Source: Octopus sinensis
Lineage: Eukaryota
NCBI RefSeq assembly: GCF_006345805.1
Contig: NC_043003.1
Location: 8,494,001 to 8,558,000, forward strand
Direction of reading: 5' to 3'
DNA: 64,000 nt
The first letter of the stretch is position 1, and the number at the start of each line of letters is the position of its first letter. Position numbers and translations under genes: made by a program. Below the pieces are notes generated by a model. That model ran no database searches. It was not told the origin of the DNA and worked only from the letters and a program-made list of their open reading frames with translations. Shown here piece after piece: positions 39,863 to 56,459 of the stretch.

Positions 39863-40410
39863 CCACCACTTCAGAAGCGGCTTTGGTTTTTTTTTCCTCC
39901 TGTAAATTAGATGGTTGGCACAAAAGACCGATAGAATAAATATCATTCTTAAAATAAGTATCGAGGTTGATTGCTCCGACTAAAACCCTTTGAAGGGAGG
40001 GGTGCACCATCATGGCTGCAGTCCAATGACGGAACCAAGTAAGAAGTAAAGAGTAAAAGATATTTTCTCCAATTCGGCCCTTAAATAACATTTCTCAATT
40101 TGTAACAACATACCGAAATATTCACCCAATTTCAATTCAAGAAATTTAAAGGGAAACCTTTCGACGAGCTAGCGAGCATTGTCTTCTAGCAATTTCTATC
40201 TTATATTGATCAGTTTCAACGTAAAGTAATTACTTTCTGCCAACGAACATTGTTTATCTATGTTCGTGTGGGACATTCCAAACAGGGTTTCGGAATAGAT
40301 ATCCAATTACCGCGTTTTTGTTATATGTGTGCATGTGACGAGAGAAAACACCTGAAGCATAATAACAACTAACATATGAAACATACCAGTAATGGAAACA
40401 TAGCAGCACA

Positions 40411-40419
40411 TTATTATTA

Positions 40420-40450
<31 letters not shown>

Positions 40451-40497
40451 CATTATTATTATTATTATTATTATCATTATTATTATTATCATTATTA

Positions 40498-40543
<46 letters not shown>

Positions 40544-40617
40544 CATTATTATTATTATTATTATTATCATCATTATTATTAGTATTATTATTATCATTAT
40601 TATTATTATTATTATTA

Positions 40618-40657
<40 letters not shown>

Positions 40658-40787
40658 CATTATATTATCATCATTATTATTATATTATTAATTATTATTA
40701 TTATATTATCATTATTATTATTATTATTATTATCATTTTATTATTATTATCATTATTATATTATTATCATTATTATTATTATTATTA

Positions 40788-40821
<34 letters not shown>

Positions 40822-41008
40822 CATTATTATTATTATTATTATTATTATCATTATTATTATTTTATTATTATTATCATTATTATTATTATTATTATCATTA
40901 TTATTATTATTATTATTATCATTATTATTATTATTATTATTATTATCATTATTATTATTATTAATTATTATTATTATTATCATATTATTATTATTATCAT
41001 TATTATTA

Positions 41009-41039
<31 letters not shown>

Positions 41040-41068
41040 CATTATTATTATCATTATTATTATTATTA
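40411..41068. repeat. (ATT/ATC)n microsatellite array, on the 3' flank of the R4/Dong element
   Basis: Seen directly. Confidence 0.95.
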
Positions 41069-41074
41069 CTTTTT

Positions 41075-44000
41075 TTTTCTTCTTTCCAATTTCTTCTTCC
41101 ATTTCTTGCCGAGTGTCTTCCCGACTCCTAGGGCAAGAAACTCATAGTGTATATTGGTAGGCCATTAACCAAACTCAGTAGTTCGTTCATTTTTTTTTTT
41201 TAAGTTAAATTAAAATGCATGAGCAGCAACAGTTCTCACATCGACAATGCTCTTCTCAATACGTGTGATGTACCAGTTAAGACAATCTTTTGCACTTCTT
41301 GCAGGGATGGTAAGCCAGGGATCATTCTCATATAATTTTCGGTTCCCTTCTTGATCATTCCTAGTGCTCCTACGATCACTGGTATTGTAACCGCCTTGAG
41401 ATGCCACATTTTCTCAATTTCAATGAGTAGGTCTTTATATTTTCTGAGCTTGTCAAACTCTTTCGCTGAGATATTATGATCACAGGGGATGCTCATGTCG
41501 ATCAATAAGCAAACTTTATTGTTTTGGTCTTTCACAACAATATCTGGTTTATTGGCCTTGATGGTTCGATCTGTATGTACTGGAAAGTCCCACAGAATGG
41601 TTACATTTTCTCCTTCAGTTACAGCCTCAGGGTGGTGATTATACCACTTGTCGGCAGTTTTGATATTGTAATGCCGACTTATTAGCCAGTGGAGATATTG
41701 GCCAACTCTGTCATGTCTTAATTTTACTCCACTGGTGCTGCTAGACTTTACATCCAGAGATTAGGTGGTCCACTGTTTCAATCATGTCGTTGCAGAATCG
41801 GCATTTTGGGTCTGCTCCATTTTTCATCACATTGGCCTGGTAGTTCCGGGTTGATAGGCTTTGGTCTTGAGCAGCCAGGATGAAACCTTCGCTCTCTGAG
41901 TTTAGCCCTGAGCTCCGCAGCCACTGATGGGTTTGCTTCTGGTCAACATCAGCTTGTTTGCTGCAGGTCACATATTTGCCGTGCAGAGGTTTCTCCTCCC
42001 ACCTATCAGCCAATTGCTCGTGCGCTTTTTTCATTGCCATCATTTTCACCTTCTTTGCAACAATAGTTGCCGTACTTCCCTCGGGTTGTTCAGTTTGGGT
42101 ATCCTGCACGAGATCAATAGCAAATTTTTTGCTTTCCTTGATGATAGAATGAAGCTTCTTTCGTCTCTCGTGATTTTCCACGAGCTTTAGCATCCAGTCA
42201 TTCGATATTTCGAGATATTTGGCCAGTCCAATTGTGGTTGTTTTGTAAGCTAGTTCAAATTGGATCAGGCCTCGACCTCCTTGGGCTCTGGGAAGGTAAA
42301 GGCGATCTACATCTGCCTTGGGTGGTGCATCCTATTACAACTCAGCAGCTTGCGTATTTTTCTATCTATATTTTTACTTCACTCATATTCCAGTTCAACA
42401 CATTGTAGCTATAAGTAACAACTGGAACTGCTAGGGAATTTATAGCTAACACCTTTAGTTTTAAGTCATCCATATAAAATAGATGGCTTATTTTTTTATT
42501 GGCAAGTTTATACCCATACCCTGTTCTGTTTAATTCACTTGTAAGGGGTATTAGGGTTATGCAGAATATTAAAGGTGAAAGTGAGTCACCTTGAAAAATT
42601 CCACAGTTGATGTTTATATTTTCTGAGGCAAGTACTCCATTAGAGTGGTATAATTGGAGATTCGTATTCCACAATGACATATTGTGCTTCAGGAAGTTTG
42701 AAATCACAGGGGAAATTTTGAAGATGTCCAGCGATCTCAAGATCCATGGATGCGGTATACTGTCGAAGGCCTTTTTATAGTCAATCCATGCGGTGCTGAG
42801 ATTTCTGCGCTTGTTGTGACAGTTCTCAAGGATCATACGATTGATTAGCAGTTGATCTTTGCATCCGTAAGAGCCTCGGCGGCACCCTTTTTGTTCAATG
42901 GGGAAAATATCGTTCTTCTCCATGAATGCATATGTTTTCTCCGCCAGGATAGATGTTAGGATTTTATACGTGGTGGATAGACAGGTTATAGGCCGATAGT
43001 TTTTTGGAAGGTTGGTTTCGTTATTCTTTGGGAGTAGGTAAGTAACGCCACTTGCTAACCATTCAGGTGTTTTCTTTGGGTCTCTCATAATTCCATTGAG
43101 CAGCTGAACTAGCTTACCGTGTGCGCACGGGAGCGATGCGAGCCAGAAATTCGGCACCCTATCTTTACCGGGGGATTTCCAATTATGGGCCTTCGTGAGT
43201 GCCTTTCTTAGGTCTGCTATTGTGATGTCTTCCCATGCTTGTTGTTGTAAATTTTGGTAGGATCCTTCAGTTTGTATAATCCAGTCTGCATTTATGTTGT
43301 ACGTCTTCTTGTCACTCCAAATCCTTTTCCAAAAGTGTTGAACTTCTTCCATGGGAGGGGGGTCTTTAACGGTTACTTTCTCCTTCCCTATTTCTCTGTA
43401 GAAATTTTTGGCATTGGATGTGAACAGCTTATTTTGCTTGTAAAACTTGTTTCTCTTCTCAATCTTCGTATTCTTGGGCTTTTGCTTGGACTTTTTGTTT
43501 CAGCGTTTCTTTTATTGATATCAGTTCTTCTCTTGGTGAGGATCCAAATTTTCTCTTCATCTTTCTTCCTGTTCTGGATCTTACATCATTTCCACATATT
43601 AGTTCATTTAATATTGATATTTCCCCTCTCATAAATTCAATCTCTTTTTCAATTTTACTTCTCCAGGTTTGATTTCTTCCCAGGTTTTGTTTTCTTTGTT
43701 TTTTCGGGGGCATACAGCTGGTTTCAATTGCCCTAGCAGAAGCGTAAATAATTTCATTTAACTCAGTAAAATCAGGTTTTAATTCTCGTATTATTTCATT
43801 TGTTACATAGTTGCCAATTTGGATTGTTTTTTATTTTGGTTTGTATTTGAGAGTTTATGAAGCGGTTCTCTATCATTCATACTTGTATGTCTTACAACTT
43901 CAAGCGTATTCAGGATCTTCTGCCTCATTTCTGCTATAGACTCTCTGTGTTCTTCAGCAAATGCGAGATCTTCAGTTACTGTTGTTTTTTCGTTTTCCTG

Positions 44001-44650
44001 GCTATCTTAACAGGTACAATAGAATTTCTTGTATCTTCAGGCCTTTGCGTACTTTGGTCAGATGGCAGTCTTTCAATTAAGCCTCGTGGCGGGCTATACT
44101 GTTCATCTGATTCTTCATTCCTTTGTGTCTTATATTTATGTCATTTTCCGTTGCGTGCTTGATCGCGCTTATTTCACTGTCTGTGAGTCTGTTATTTCTA
44201 AAGATATCCCTCCTCACATTTGCTAATTTGTTCTCGTCCAAATAGGGCCTACTGTCTTGATTCCGTGTTCTCCATATACTGTAAGAGTTTGCGGTGTGTC
44301 TCTCTTGAGATGGCCTACCTAATGCATAGTAATAAGCGTATATTACTTCTTTATACTCTTCTCGGGTCCATTTGTTCCGCTTACATTTTTCTTTCTGTGG
44401 TGGTTGTGGTGGTGAACTTGGAGGGCTCGAGTTGGGGGATTTCCCGTTCAAGTGACCATCCATGTCCGTATTCGGAGAAGAGTTTGTGCCAGTTGATGAC
44501 TTTTCGATCCCAGGCTGGCTCTTCCCTGGGGGACGCGCTTCCAGATTAACCATAGGACAAGCGATTTGGTATACTGATTTAGTTTTCCTTTTAGTTTCCA
44601 AAAACATTTTGGTGCTACGATAATGTTATCATTTTTTAGCTTTGATTGGC
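41075..44650 (-). mobile_element. Near full-length R4/Dong-clade non-LTR retrotransposon (RT, CCHC and restriction-like endonuclease), disrupted
   Basis: N-terminal KWTREEYKEVIYAYY; RT motifs KSPGKDRVPNFW, NYRPITCL, WIDYKKAFDSIPH, GIFQGDSLSPLIF and FYMDDLKL; zinc knuckle CRFCNDMIETVDHLISGC; RLE KPDIVVKD...LIDMSIP. The ORF (44607 to 41236) is broken by frameshifts, stops and a deletion. Confidence 0.93.
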
Positions 44651-44739
44651 TCGTGGGGAGACGGCCATCATTGCCGTTACAATTATAATCGTACCATTAT
44701 AGCAGCCGTAGTCGGCTTATTATTGTTATTATCATCACC

Positions 44740-46545
<1,806 letters not shown>

Positions 46546-47291
46546 ATCATAGTCATCGCAAACCAGAAATAATGTTAATGAATATGAAATCTTGAAGAAC
46601 TTATGTCTATAAAAATATAATGTAAGTGACAAAATGAAAAGCTATCAGAAAATGCAAAATGGAATATTTATGAAGAAAGTTAGCACCGAATTGCAGAAAT
46701 AGTAGAAAATTTATGTGTTATGGAAAAGGATAGAAATTCAGATCAAGAATTACGTATTAAAAATAACGATAAAAAAGATATTGAAGGTCTAGTTTTAGAA
46801 TATTTAATTAGTCTTATTTCGAGTTAATATTCCCGTTACGAAGGCACGGATGAGGAGACCAAGAGAACACGATTTAGATGATGGGTTCATTAAAATGACT
46901 TGCCGTATGATTGCGTGTGATATTTTAAACGCCATATGTGTTACGGATTTCTTTATTACCCACAAGGGGTTAAACATAGATGGGACGATACACACACGCG
47001 GGGGTAATCAACAGAACGGAACGGTGAAATTATACAATTAAGATGGAACGGCCACCCAGCCCCGCTTCGGGGTGGTTACGTTATTTCAGTTATTTCAACA
47101 CTTCTTTTCAAAATTATTTCAACATTTTTCAATATTGACAAGGTGTAGGGAATGTATTGGCATGTGCTTTTATCTATTCGAATTTAAAGATGAGAATTCT
47201 GAGCATAGCAAGTTTGAGATCAAGTTCGTGGTGGTGTGGATTGAATAAAGATGGATATCTGAGTGACAGACAACGAATCTTGTGAAAGAGA

Positions 47292-47384
<93 letters not shown>

Positions 47385-48003
47385 TAGTGACGGTGGTGGT
47401 GGAAGTGGTAGTGGTAGTCGTGGTAGTCGTGGTGGTGGTGCTGGTGATGGTGATGGTTTTAGCTATGTTGTTGGGAGATGTTAGATGCAGATATGAGCTG
47501 TAAGGCGGTTAGCAAAAAGAAAAGAAGAAGAAGAAGAAGAAGAAGAAGAAGAAGAAGAAGAAGAAGAAAGAATTTGGCTTTTGTTATCGAGTTTAGATTT
47601 GTGTTAGAAACGTTGTTCCAAAATAAATTTTGAATCGAAGCGGAACAGTTTGAATTCTGTGGAGAAGAGAAGTCCGGTCAGATGTATGACAAAAGGTTGG
47701 ACATTGATGGCGAGTTGTGTGTCACCGTTGATGGACTTAATGGTAATGGCAGTAGCAACGTTGCTGCATCTGTCAGAATTGATGCTTATGATAAGAATTG
47801 TCGTAATAGGATGTTTTGGTTTAAGTCATTTCTTCTTGTGATCCACACCAACGTTGTGGCATCGCTTTATAGCTACACTCGTTTCTCAAAGATAAAAGAC
47901 CAGGAATAATATTCCTTGGGATGCGCATTCTAGAATTTTGTGAATGGCGTGGTGAAGGTGACGTCCACGGATTGTTTCTTTTACCTAAAAGTTCTATATA
48001 ATT

Positions 48004-48405
48004 GGCGCACGCGTAGTTGTGTGGTAAAAAACTTGCTCCCAGCCACATGGTTCCGAGTTCAGTTCCACTGCGTCACACCTTGGTCAAGTGTTTGCTACTA
48101 TAGCATCGAGCCGACCAAAGCCTTGTGAGTAGATTTAGTTGAAGGAAACTGAAAGAAGCCTGTCGTATATATGCATATATATATGTGCGTGTGTTTGTGT
48201 GTCTGTGTTTGTCCCCGCACAATCGCTTGGCAACCGATGCTGGTGTGTTTACGTCCCCGTAACTTAGCCGTTTGGCAAAAGAGACCGATAGAATAAATAC
48301 TAGGCTTACAAAGAATAAGTCCCGGGGTCAATTTCCTCGACTAAAGGCGGTGCTCCAGCATGGCCCCAGTCAAATGACTGAAACAAATAAAAGTGTAAAA
48401 GAGTA
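48004..48405 (+). mobile_element. SINE family D, full length
   Basis: Matches 15829-16235. Confidence 0.88.
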
Positions 48406-49833
48406 TATCAGTAAGAGACGCAAACTGTCCAGCAATAGCGGTGGAAATGCTAAACCTGAATTTCTGCCCCTTTGGCTTTGTCAGTAGTGTCTACCTGCTG
48501 GCCGCTATATGGTGAGGCTAAATCTATTAGTACCGGTACAGGAAAACTATGTGCAGTAAATGATGACCACGTTGAAATTCTATATGATAAATGATAGGTT
48601 TTAATTTGATCTACAACAAAGGATATGAACATATCTTAAATTGAAACAGTAGTCATTTTAAAACCTGGTACTTATTCTATCCGTCTCTTTACCAAATACC
48701 ACAATGTTACGGGTACGTAAACGAACTAACATCGGTTGTCAGGTGCTGGTGAGCAGACAAACACAAGCACACATTAGCCGACAACTGATGAAGGATCATT
48801 TCTCTGTTTTTACTTGTCCTGTTTTCCACCTTTGGTAACGTTCTGTACCCATACATGCATGTATATGTATGTATATATATATATATATATATGTTATTTA
48901 TTATTTAATTGAACATGACGCATCCATTTCCAAATAAGGTAATCTTCACCTTTTTGATGCGACTCTCTACTGTATGCTGTTTTCTTCCTCCATCCTTCAC
49001 CATTTCCTTTTTTCTCCCCTTTCTCTTTTCTCCCTCTCTCTTTCGTTGCTCACACGTGACCATCGTCCATCGTTCTTTTCCTCACGTGACCATCTTTCTT
49101 TTCCTGCACGGACATTCAAAAGAATGGACATGTTTTTCCTCTTTCTCTTCTATATTTTCTCTTTTCCAAAAAATCCTTCCTCCCAGCGTTCACTATTTTC
49201 CTTTCGTACTGATCTAACGACTCTCCATCTTTGTTTTCGGTCGGTTTCCTTGTTTGTCTCCACTGTCATGTTTTTGTTCCCAAATTTCATTTTAGAATTT
49301 ATGGGAGCAACTGTCTTTGAAGACTCGTATTGTCGTTGAATGCTCGGAAAGAGTAGTAGATAAACAGCCAAAAACTGATGAAGGGTCCTTTCTTTCTGTT
49401 TACTTGTTCTGTTGTCTCCATTTTTTCTCGTTGTTTACGTATTTCATGTTATTTGCACCGTTGGTTTATGTATGTATGTATGTATGTATGTATGTATGTA
49501 TGTATGTATGTACGTATGTATGTATGTATGTATGTGTGTATGTATGTATGTATGTATGTATGTATGTATGTATGTATATATGTATGTATGTACAAGACCG
49601 TCATTCAGTGTCCGCCAACCAAATCCACTGGCAACGCTTTGGTCGGCCCGGGGCTACAGTAGAAGACATTTGTCAAAGGTACCACGAAGTGGGACTGAAA
49701 CCGAGGCCATGTGATTGGGAAACAAACTTGTTACTACAGAACCACGCTTATGTTTAAAACACCGCCTGAATCCAACCGGAGAATAACCTGAACGGACTAC
49801 AGTGCTAGTGAATACACAATAAATAGAACTAGT

Positions 49834-50575
49834 AAGGCGGCGAGCTGGCAGAAACGTTAGGCGAAATGCTTAGCGGTATTTCGTCTGCCGTTACGTTGTG
49901 AGTTCAAATTCCGCCGAGGTCGACTTTGCCTTTTATCCTTTCGGGGTCGATAAATTAAGTACCAGTTACGCACTGGGGTCGATATAATCGACTTAATACC
50001 TATGTCTGTCCTTGTCTGTCCCCTCTATGTTTAGCTCCTGGTGGGTAATAAAGAAATAGGTATTTTGTCTGCCGCTATGTTCTGAGTTCAAATTCCGCCG
50101 AGGTCGACTTTGCCTTTTATCCTTTCGGGGTCGATAAATTAAGTACCAGTTACGCACTGGGGTCGAAATAATCGACTTAATCCGTTTGTCTGTCCTTCTT
50201 TGTCCCCTCTGTGTTTAGCCTCTTGTGGGTAATAAAGAAATAGGTATTTCGTCTGCCGTTACGTTCTGAGTTTAAATTCCGCTGAGGTCGACTTTGCCTT
50301 TCATCCTTTCGGGGTCGATTAAATAGGTACCAGTTACGCACTGGGTTCGATATTATCGACTTAATCCATTTGTCTGTCCTTGTTTGTCCTCTCTGTGTTT
50401 GTCCTCTCTGTGTTTGGCCCCTTGTGGGTAGTAAAGAAATATGCATTTCGTCTGTCTTTATGTTCTGAGTTCAAATTCCGCTGAGGTTGACTTTGCCTTT
50501 TACCCTTTCGGGGTAGATAAATCAAGTACCAGTTGCGTACTGGAGTCGATCTAATCGACTGCCCCGCTCCCAAAA
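49834..50575 (+). mobile_element. SINE family C with four internal tandem ~184-bp bodies
   Basis: One head, then bodies starting at about 49876, 50060, 50244 and 50442. Confidence 0.85.
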
Positions 50576-52202
50576 ATAATAAAGAGAATTAATATCATGC
50601 TACATAACCCCTTAAGTCCTACTATCCTATAAATAGGACACTAAATGAGAACATTAATAAGGACACCGAATATTTCCCTTTCTACTTGAAGTAAAGGGGT
50701 TTTAATAACTACTTGTTTACATTTTAACCTATTTTCAATCAGCTGTAAAAATTCAAAAGCAATATTCAGAAATTTAAGTACCCTGGGACTTAATGGGATA
50801 AAGCAACAAGCTCTCAGATTTGTTACCACAACGGGAAAAAAATGTTTAGCAGCAATATTTCGAAAATTACGTTCCGAACTTCCTGGCTTTGGGCAAAAAC
50901 TTGAAGCCAATATGGAGGTACATAAAACACGATATACATGTCCTATGCAGTTAGGCACGAATTAGATTTCATATATTCACCAACTGTTTAGATTTTATTA
51001 GCAATGCGTTAGTGGTATCTTTATTCGAATTTTCATTTAGCGTATTATCATTCCTATGTTGTTATTGATTCAGAAGATACAGCAAATGTTCTCTCTATGC
51101 CATTGTGTATGTATATGTGTAGAACTAACTATGTGAGTTTATGTAGAATCGATGATGTATATGTGCCTCTATGTGTGTGTGTATGACAATATATATGTTT
51201 GGATGTAAGTGATTAAGTATCTATATGTATATGTATGCCGTTACATGTATTTATGCTGTTCCATGCCTATACTTATATGCGAATATAAATATGTTTCCTT
51301 TCAAAATTATTAAATTATAGCTATGGCCACGCTGAAGAAACGAAGTCTCTTTGTTAGTTTCTTAGATTTTTTAATTTATTTTTCAGTAACTTATCAATTC
51401 TTCAACTTTCATGCCTTTCTTCTTCCAAAGTTTCTTTGTTCTGTCGCCTTCTCTCCTTTTCCTTAACCCTCACTTCTCTCTCTCTTTCTCTCTAACACAC
51501 ACCAGTCTAACAAACAACTGTATTACTTTTATTTTCCGTAATAGCATCATTTCACATTTCATTTTATTTTGTTGTTTGTAATTTTCAACTTACTTTCCTG
51601 CCGCCAAAATATAAATGATTTATCAGCATCCGCTGTAACAAATAAAAATAGATAAATGAATTTAACAAGAAAATTATAAGGAAACGAATACGTAAGATAT
51701 AAAAGCCTTTCTGTCTATGAAATTCAACGAATGAAACAAACAGCAGATAATTCTCTTCCGTGCTACTTTTGAACTTCGCTAGAAATAGCTCGATACACAT
51801 AGCCAGACGAGTGATTTAGAGCTTTTGAAGGGAGAAGAAAAAGAAATCAATCAATTTATTGGAAACTGTTTTCAAAATACATTTATTTTTAGAAAATGAT
51901 AAATAAATACATAAGTAAATAACGTTTGCGCGGCTTACTTGGCAACATCAACGCCATACTTGTTAATTAAATATATTTCATTCTGTGAACCTCAACCTGA
52001 TAAACAACAACGCATAGATGTTGATTAGGTGGTAGATATAGGCGCATGCGTGGCTGTGCATTGAGAAGTTTCTTTCCTCAACCACATGGTTTAAGGCTCA
52101 GTCCCACTGTCTGGCCCTCTTCGGTAGTGTCTTCCACTACAATCCTGGGCTGGCCAATACCGTATGAAAAAATCTGGGAGACGAAAACTGTGTGGAAGCC
52201 AG

Positions 52203-52247
<45 letters not shown>

Positions 52248-55079
52248 CTCTTTACTTGTTTCAGCCATTTTACTGTGGCCATGCTGATAAGTGGGCAAAC
52301 GAAAGAAAGAGGCATTCAACAAATTTAGATGTTACATATATTATTATTTAAAGCGGATTGATTCGGTTTCCTGAGACTTAAAGTTTCCTAGGCTTCTGAC
52401 GGAAAGGTAGCTCGTCAGTCTGACATGCTACCATACAGTTTCCGTCTAACAAACTCACTCACAAGGCATTGGTCTGCCAGGAATTATAGTAAAAGACACT
52501 AGTCCTTGGTGTCACCCAGTGGAACTGAACCTGGTAACACGTGCTAGCAACGCGTACGAAATATTATTTTTTTTGTTTTAATTATTTGCTAATTTAAGTG
52601 GAAGAGAAAATCGATGTAAATGATCCGAACCATTTTAATTAATTGAAGAATTTTTCTAAAACAACATCGATGAGTAGGTGTAAGAAGTCGTAGTTGTTGC
52701 TGTTGTTATTGTAGTTGTTATTGTTGTTGTTGCTGTTGCTGCTGCTGTTGTTCTTGTTATTCTTTTTATCGCTGTTGTTGTCGTTGTCGATGATGATGAC
52801 AATGATGATGATACTCTTGTTTTTGTTTGTGTTGTTGTTGTTGATGTTTTTAACGATGTTGTTGTTGATGCCGTTGTTGTTGACGTTGCAGTCGTTGTCC
52901 CTGCTGCTATTGTTGCAGTTATTGTTATTGTTGTAGCTGAATACTCGACAAGTAACGATTTCTAACATTTCCAAATAATTTATAGGAATTCCTGGTATTT
53001 ATGGACGTCCATGTGTTCCTCTACATCAAATTTTACTCAAGCTTTTTTTTCTTTACTGAACGCATCATCATACAAACAGTAAATCTCCTCAAACATCGCC
53101 ACCAATACAAATCTGAGAAACCTACGGTAGTATCTCAGTAACAGAGAAAGAAACTCCTAAATGATTGTGTACAATAATAGTAAGTAACAATCGTTGTATT
53201 TAATGTGGACAGTTATTTTCCTTCTTCGAACAAAACGTGACAATTGTGTTTTATTGTCGAACATTCATTGGAAGAGGAGGAGGGAACGTTTGTCAGCTTT
53301 CGATAGTCAGGAAATGTGAAGCTTCCAGCATGGAATATTCTGGAGAGTCAATATAAATGTAATTCTCGGCAAACAAACAAACATCTATTTATTAGAAAAG
53401 TGCAAATTAGTTTTGCTCTCATAAAACATCATTTTGTTGTGGCTGTTTTCTTGCTGTTGTTATTACTACTGCCACTGCTGCCCCTGAAATTGTTCTTGTT
53501 GTTGCTGCTGCTGCTGTTATTACTACTGCTAGTGCTGTTCCTGTTGTTGTTGTTGTTGTTTTTCTTGCATCGGAAATATACCTTACTCGTATGAGGCAAA
53601 AATAAATTAGATGGAGTGAATTGGTTGATTGAAAAAAAAAACATCTCATAAGAATCAATTAATTTAAATGAAACCATTTTATTGCAAAACTATTTATTTT
53701 GTTGGATAAATTGTTATTATCATCGATCAATATATATATAGCGAAGAACATTCCAAGATGCATAACAACATTGACTTAATTACTCCACTTAAAATAAAAC
53801 TAGTTGCTAAAGAAACTGTACAGAAAAGAAAAATCATTATTTCAGTGAAACATTTTATGCTACATGAACAACCTTTTACGCGGAGTGAGTTTTCTTTTCT
53901 AACCAGCAACAGAGATAATCAAAAATAATTATTCTTATTTTCTCCTAAAGGTACTTTAAAACGAAGATGTATTACGCAAAAATTGATTAAAACTAAAGTT
54001 ACACAATGGATTTAGGGAAGTTTCTAACAATCTTTAGATAAGTTTGAAACAATTTTTTAGGGAAATTTCTTACAGAGATATAGATATATCTCTAAGAAAA
54101 GAAGACGCAAAAGAGAAGGAAAGCAAAGTACTGGGGGCTAGTGAATGTTTCATTCTATCATTTTATTTGTTAACTAAATATTTAGCAAGAAAATTATTAC
54201 TAACCACTTCAAACGCTTAGGGTCCTTGTGCAGTAGATTGTTGGTGAGCTATAAAAAATGTGTTTTGAAGTCAGAGAAATAAGATCGACTCTAGTGGAAT
54301 TGAGTACATTAGCGTGCGCATTCTTTTGCAATTGGGTGCCTTGCCTTGTTTTTATTGATCTCCCGGACAACGCTGAAACAATTAGAGTTACTGCAGGTCC
54401 TACGAATTATATTATCTTAGTAAAACGTATTTATCTTCTTACAGAAGTTGAAAATGAAGTTTAAAGAAATATCTGACAGAATAGTTTCATTTTATTGCAA
54501 AAGAGAATGTTACGAATTCCTAGATTTATCTAAAGTTATTAGAGAAAAGCAGACATTACCGAGAGCTTAATTATTACCTAACGGAACTAACCATTCCACC
54601 TGCCTTAACTGGACGACTGTATTTAAGTAGCACAATGATATAGAGTTATATACATAGAAAAACAGTGATTTATTCACTAAAGGGAGGCAATAGATGGAGT
54701 AAACTTCGGAGTATATTGTCCCCACACTGAAAGAGCAGGAGTTACTCAGAGGTATTGAAAGTTCTTCTGAATCTATTACAATGTCGGAAACACTTTCATA
54801 TCATCAGCGAATATCTCATGGTCAAAAGCGTTTTGGCCCTTAACTTACACGCTTGACCTGAGTGGAGCAGCTAAGATTGAACTAATATTTGCCTACGAGG
54901 AGTTCCACCCGCAATCTCTTGTCCTTTACAGCCAACTTAAGCTGGTTTCAACGCTAACAAGACGAGTACTTTTAAATAACAATTTTTTTTTAGTTTCAGC
55001 TCAGAGCTGCGGCCATGCTGATGCACCGCCGTTTTGTGCTACACTGTTATTACTAAGAGCCTCCTCTAATATGTGGTAC

Positions 55080-55680
55080 TTGGTGAAGAATAGAGTTTGA
55101 TATAGCTACCCTCATTTGCACCTCTTGTCGTGAGGTAGGTTCATCTGGGACTCTCGACAGGAAGAGGTCCAGCTTTGATTTAAAAACCCCTACATCTATT
55201 TGTGCAAGTTCCTCAGACTCTTTGGGAGAATATTAAAATAGCTGTGGGCCCTTGAAACCCAGTCTGTTGCAGTAACTGATCCTGAAGCGTGATGGCATTG
55301 CTGGGATCTTTGGCACTATGCAGTGTCGTCCCGTTCTGGCATTGGTGTAGCTTTCAATGCCAAAATTTGGCACAATTCCTTCCAGGATCTTCCAGATATA
55401 TATTACTGCATACCTCTCCCGTCTTCTCTCCAGGGAGTAGACTCTTAGCTGTTCCAAACTTTCCCAGTAGCTGATCTTTGGGAATCTTCTCTGGATTGCT
55501 TCAAGGTCCGCTGTTAATTTCACACTGGTGGGGGTCCATAGCTGTGAGCAGTAATCCAGGCGGCTGAGGACGAATGTCCGCCAGAAGACCATCATGGTTT
55601 CTTTATCTCTGGTTCTGAATGTTCTTAGGATCCAGCCAGCCAGTCGTCTGCACTTCGTCGCCATCCTGGTAATGTGCACT
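55080..55680 (-). mobile_element. CR1-group LINE 3' fragment
   Basis: GWILRTFRTRD...FVLSRLDYCSQLW.P...LEAIQRRF...SLERRRERYAVIYIWKIL is a typical CR1-type post-RT region. Confidence 0.85.
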
Positions 55681-56459
55681 AAATGATCTAAAGAAATTAA
55701 TATACAAAAAAGTTATTTATTCGCTAAATGGAGAAATATATTACAAAATACTTAGAAATGAATATAACATTTGTCGTATAGACTGAGCGGATAATGAAAA
55801 ATAATTGAGACGTTTTCAATGGCTATTGACGGAGAAAGGTCGGTGTAGAAATGATAGCAAGCGAATATATATTCATTTGCGTAATAGACATTTAATTAAT
55901 ATACTCATTAACAATGTTCATTTAATAAGTTCCTTTAATTGTTCCATGGCGTTATCTTAATTTAAGAGCTGTTGCTACTGGTTTTAATTAATATTGAAGA
56001 TTTACTGAGTATAATGTGGATGCCATTAAGTCTTAGCTGTACTTGAAAACTCGGTGACTATTTGTTTCACGTATTGTAATATCCTTATTAAGTTGAAAGC
56101 GCGTAACGGAGGTGGGGCAAAAAAAACCTAATTTCTATTTTTGTTTTTAAGAACAAATACAGGAAAACAATTTTGAACATGATTCCTGTTGAGTTTGCTT
56201 ATTCACTTCATTTAGACTAAAATTGGCTGATTTCAAAACTACAGTCTATAATCTCAATGTTTTTCTACAACTGAACTGTCTTTCTGAATAGGCACAATTA
56301 TATCATTTGTCCGTAAGTAATAGGGCTGGTCATTTGCGTTTATTATAATAAATTGATAGACAGTTTGAGATAGATATGAATATCTTTTGTATTTTGGAAT
56401 ATATTGCATTTTATAAATCGTTTTTAACGGTGGAATTAGACGTAGATAAAACTAGAAAT

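Noticed and set aside
44620-44680. HDV-like ribozyme at the 5' end of the R4/Dong element
   Set aside because: GGCCGTCTCCCCACGAGCC is suggestive, but I could not build the nested double pseudoknot by eye.
48776-49420. CTGATGA motifs at ~48786 and ~49375 (related CTGAGGA on the minus strand at ~34275) as hammerheads
   Set aside because: I found no convincing stems I and III or correctly placed GAAA. It is a repeat family, but an HHR is not supported.
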